DNA of 63,147 nucleotides, counting the filler, from Nemertoderma westbladi (lineage: Eukaryota; Animalia; Xenacoelomorpha): NCBI GenBank assembly GCA_032718475.1. It is 4 parts of 4 records of this genome, joined end to end, with 100 filler letters (N's around TTAATTAATTAA, not from the genome) between each part and the next. Parts side by side here need not be neighbours in the genome. Positions count along the whole stretch, not along the records: positions 58,364 to 63,147 come from JAUCBJ010007136.1; 3 more parts are not named here. One strand, given 5' to 3'. A program made the translations under genes and the position numbers. How positions within the stretch are numbered: the first letter of the stretch is position 1; every line of letters starts with the position of its first letter. The notes under the pieces are model-generated. The model had not been told where the DNA came from and ran no database searches. It saw only the letters and a list, made by a program, of their open reading frames with translations. Of this stretch, positions 62,225 through 63,147 are shown piece by piece.

Positions 62225-62685
62225 TTAATTGACATTATAATTTCTTCTTGGGGGAAGAAATTTGTCAACTTTTGCAATAAGTTTTTGTACGAATTCTGGA
62301 ACTGTTGGGGTATCTTTATGTGATTCTGTCTCAAAAAATTGTCCAGGAAGTAACAATTTAGTTCCGTATAAAAGCTGAGCTGGTGAATTACCGTGAATTC
62401 CTACGGCCGACCTTAAACCTAAATGGACTAGTGGCAGTTCGTTATACCATGAAGAATTATTGCACTTCGCTCGCAATGAAGCTTTTTATGAGTGATGACA
62501 TCTCTCTACGAGACCGTTGCACGCTGGATGATAAGCTGTAGTTCTCAACCTATCAATTCCTAATTCTCGAATAAGCGCACTGAATAGTCGAGATTCGAAT
62601 TGTGAACCACGATCAGTTATTATTTTTCACACCGTATTGACTAACCCACGATGTCAGAAAAGCGTTTGCAAGACATTTGTAGTCC
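62225..62685 (-). pseudogene. Degenerate Gypsy integrase fragment
   Basis: ITDRGSQFESRLF..RTTAYHPACNGLVER, then WYNELPLVHLGLRS..SPAQLLYG..LPGQFF, with frameshifts. Confidence 0.85.
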
Positions 62686-63147
62686 GCGGGTTATTGTGTG
62701 CAGTGCATATGGTACTTAAATGTGTATGCACAACCGTGCAAACCACAGGGCAAGTACATCAGTACTGCAGTAGGCCTACTGCGTTAGTTTAGTATTTGTG
62801 CTTACACATTTCAAAACAACGATCACAACACACCATACTGCCCTATTGCAGTACCGAAACTAGAAGGTATATGTCTGTATATATTGTGTAATTTATGATA
62901 ACTAGCATTCTACAGGCTGACATTGATAGATAGATAGATTTATTTATGCATTATGTAAAAACAATAACAAATACACCATACAATGTACCAATATAAAGGT
63001 ATTGTCCAACATAACATATAGGATCACCCATAAAGCTTTGCAGATTATTTCCAAGGGGGTCCTTTATGTTACTTGGTTACAAATACAATATTACAATTGC
63101 ATAATGTCAATTCAGCTATGCCCATTGGCTGTCTTACACACGTTGTC

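Noticed and set aside
1-63147. tRNA or rRNA genes
   Set aside because: None recognised by eye; tRNAscan-SE or Infernal would be needed to exclude them.

Overview
AT-rich, repeat-dense eukaryotic (invertebrate, possibly copepod-like crustacean) genomic DNA. It is four contigs joined by artificial 100-bp N44-TTAATTAATTAA-N44 linkers (21600, 45996, 58264), so adjacency across the linkers is unproven. Host genes: the last exon of an AGAP/centaurin-gamma ArfGAP-ankyrin gene; a spliced minus-strand four-EF-hand gene whose 9.4-kb intron holds a fold-back MITE and a 7-kb higher-order satellite; an intronless LRR gene possibly nested in that gene; two phase-compatible exons of an unidentified gene flanking a 3.8-kb 17-bp satellite. 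Mobile DNA: three RTE LINE copies, a BEL/Pao LTR element, a truncated Penelope-like element, a decayed RTEX-like LINE, a non-autonomous Helitron, an internally deleted Mag-like Gypsy with both LTRs and TSD, two further Gypsy fragments and an IS3EU-like end. Most notable: (1) an extra non-env triple-zinc-knuckle ORF plus repeat array between pol and the 3' LTR of the BEL element; (2) a minimal hammerhead ribozyme with U3-A8 core in the Penelope 3' region; (3) a Ulp1/SUMO-protease-like domain upstream of the APE endonuclease of a LINE. All family assignments come from motif recognition by eye; no searches were run.
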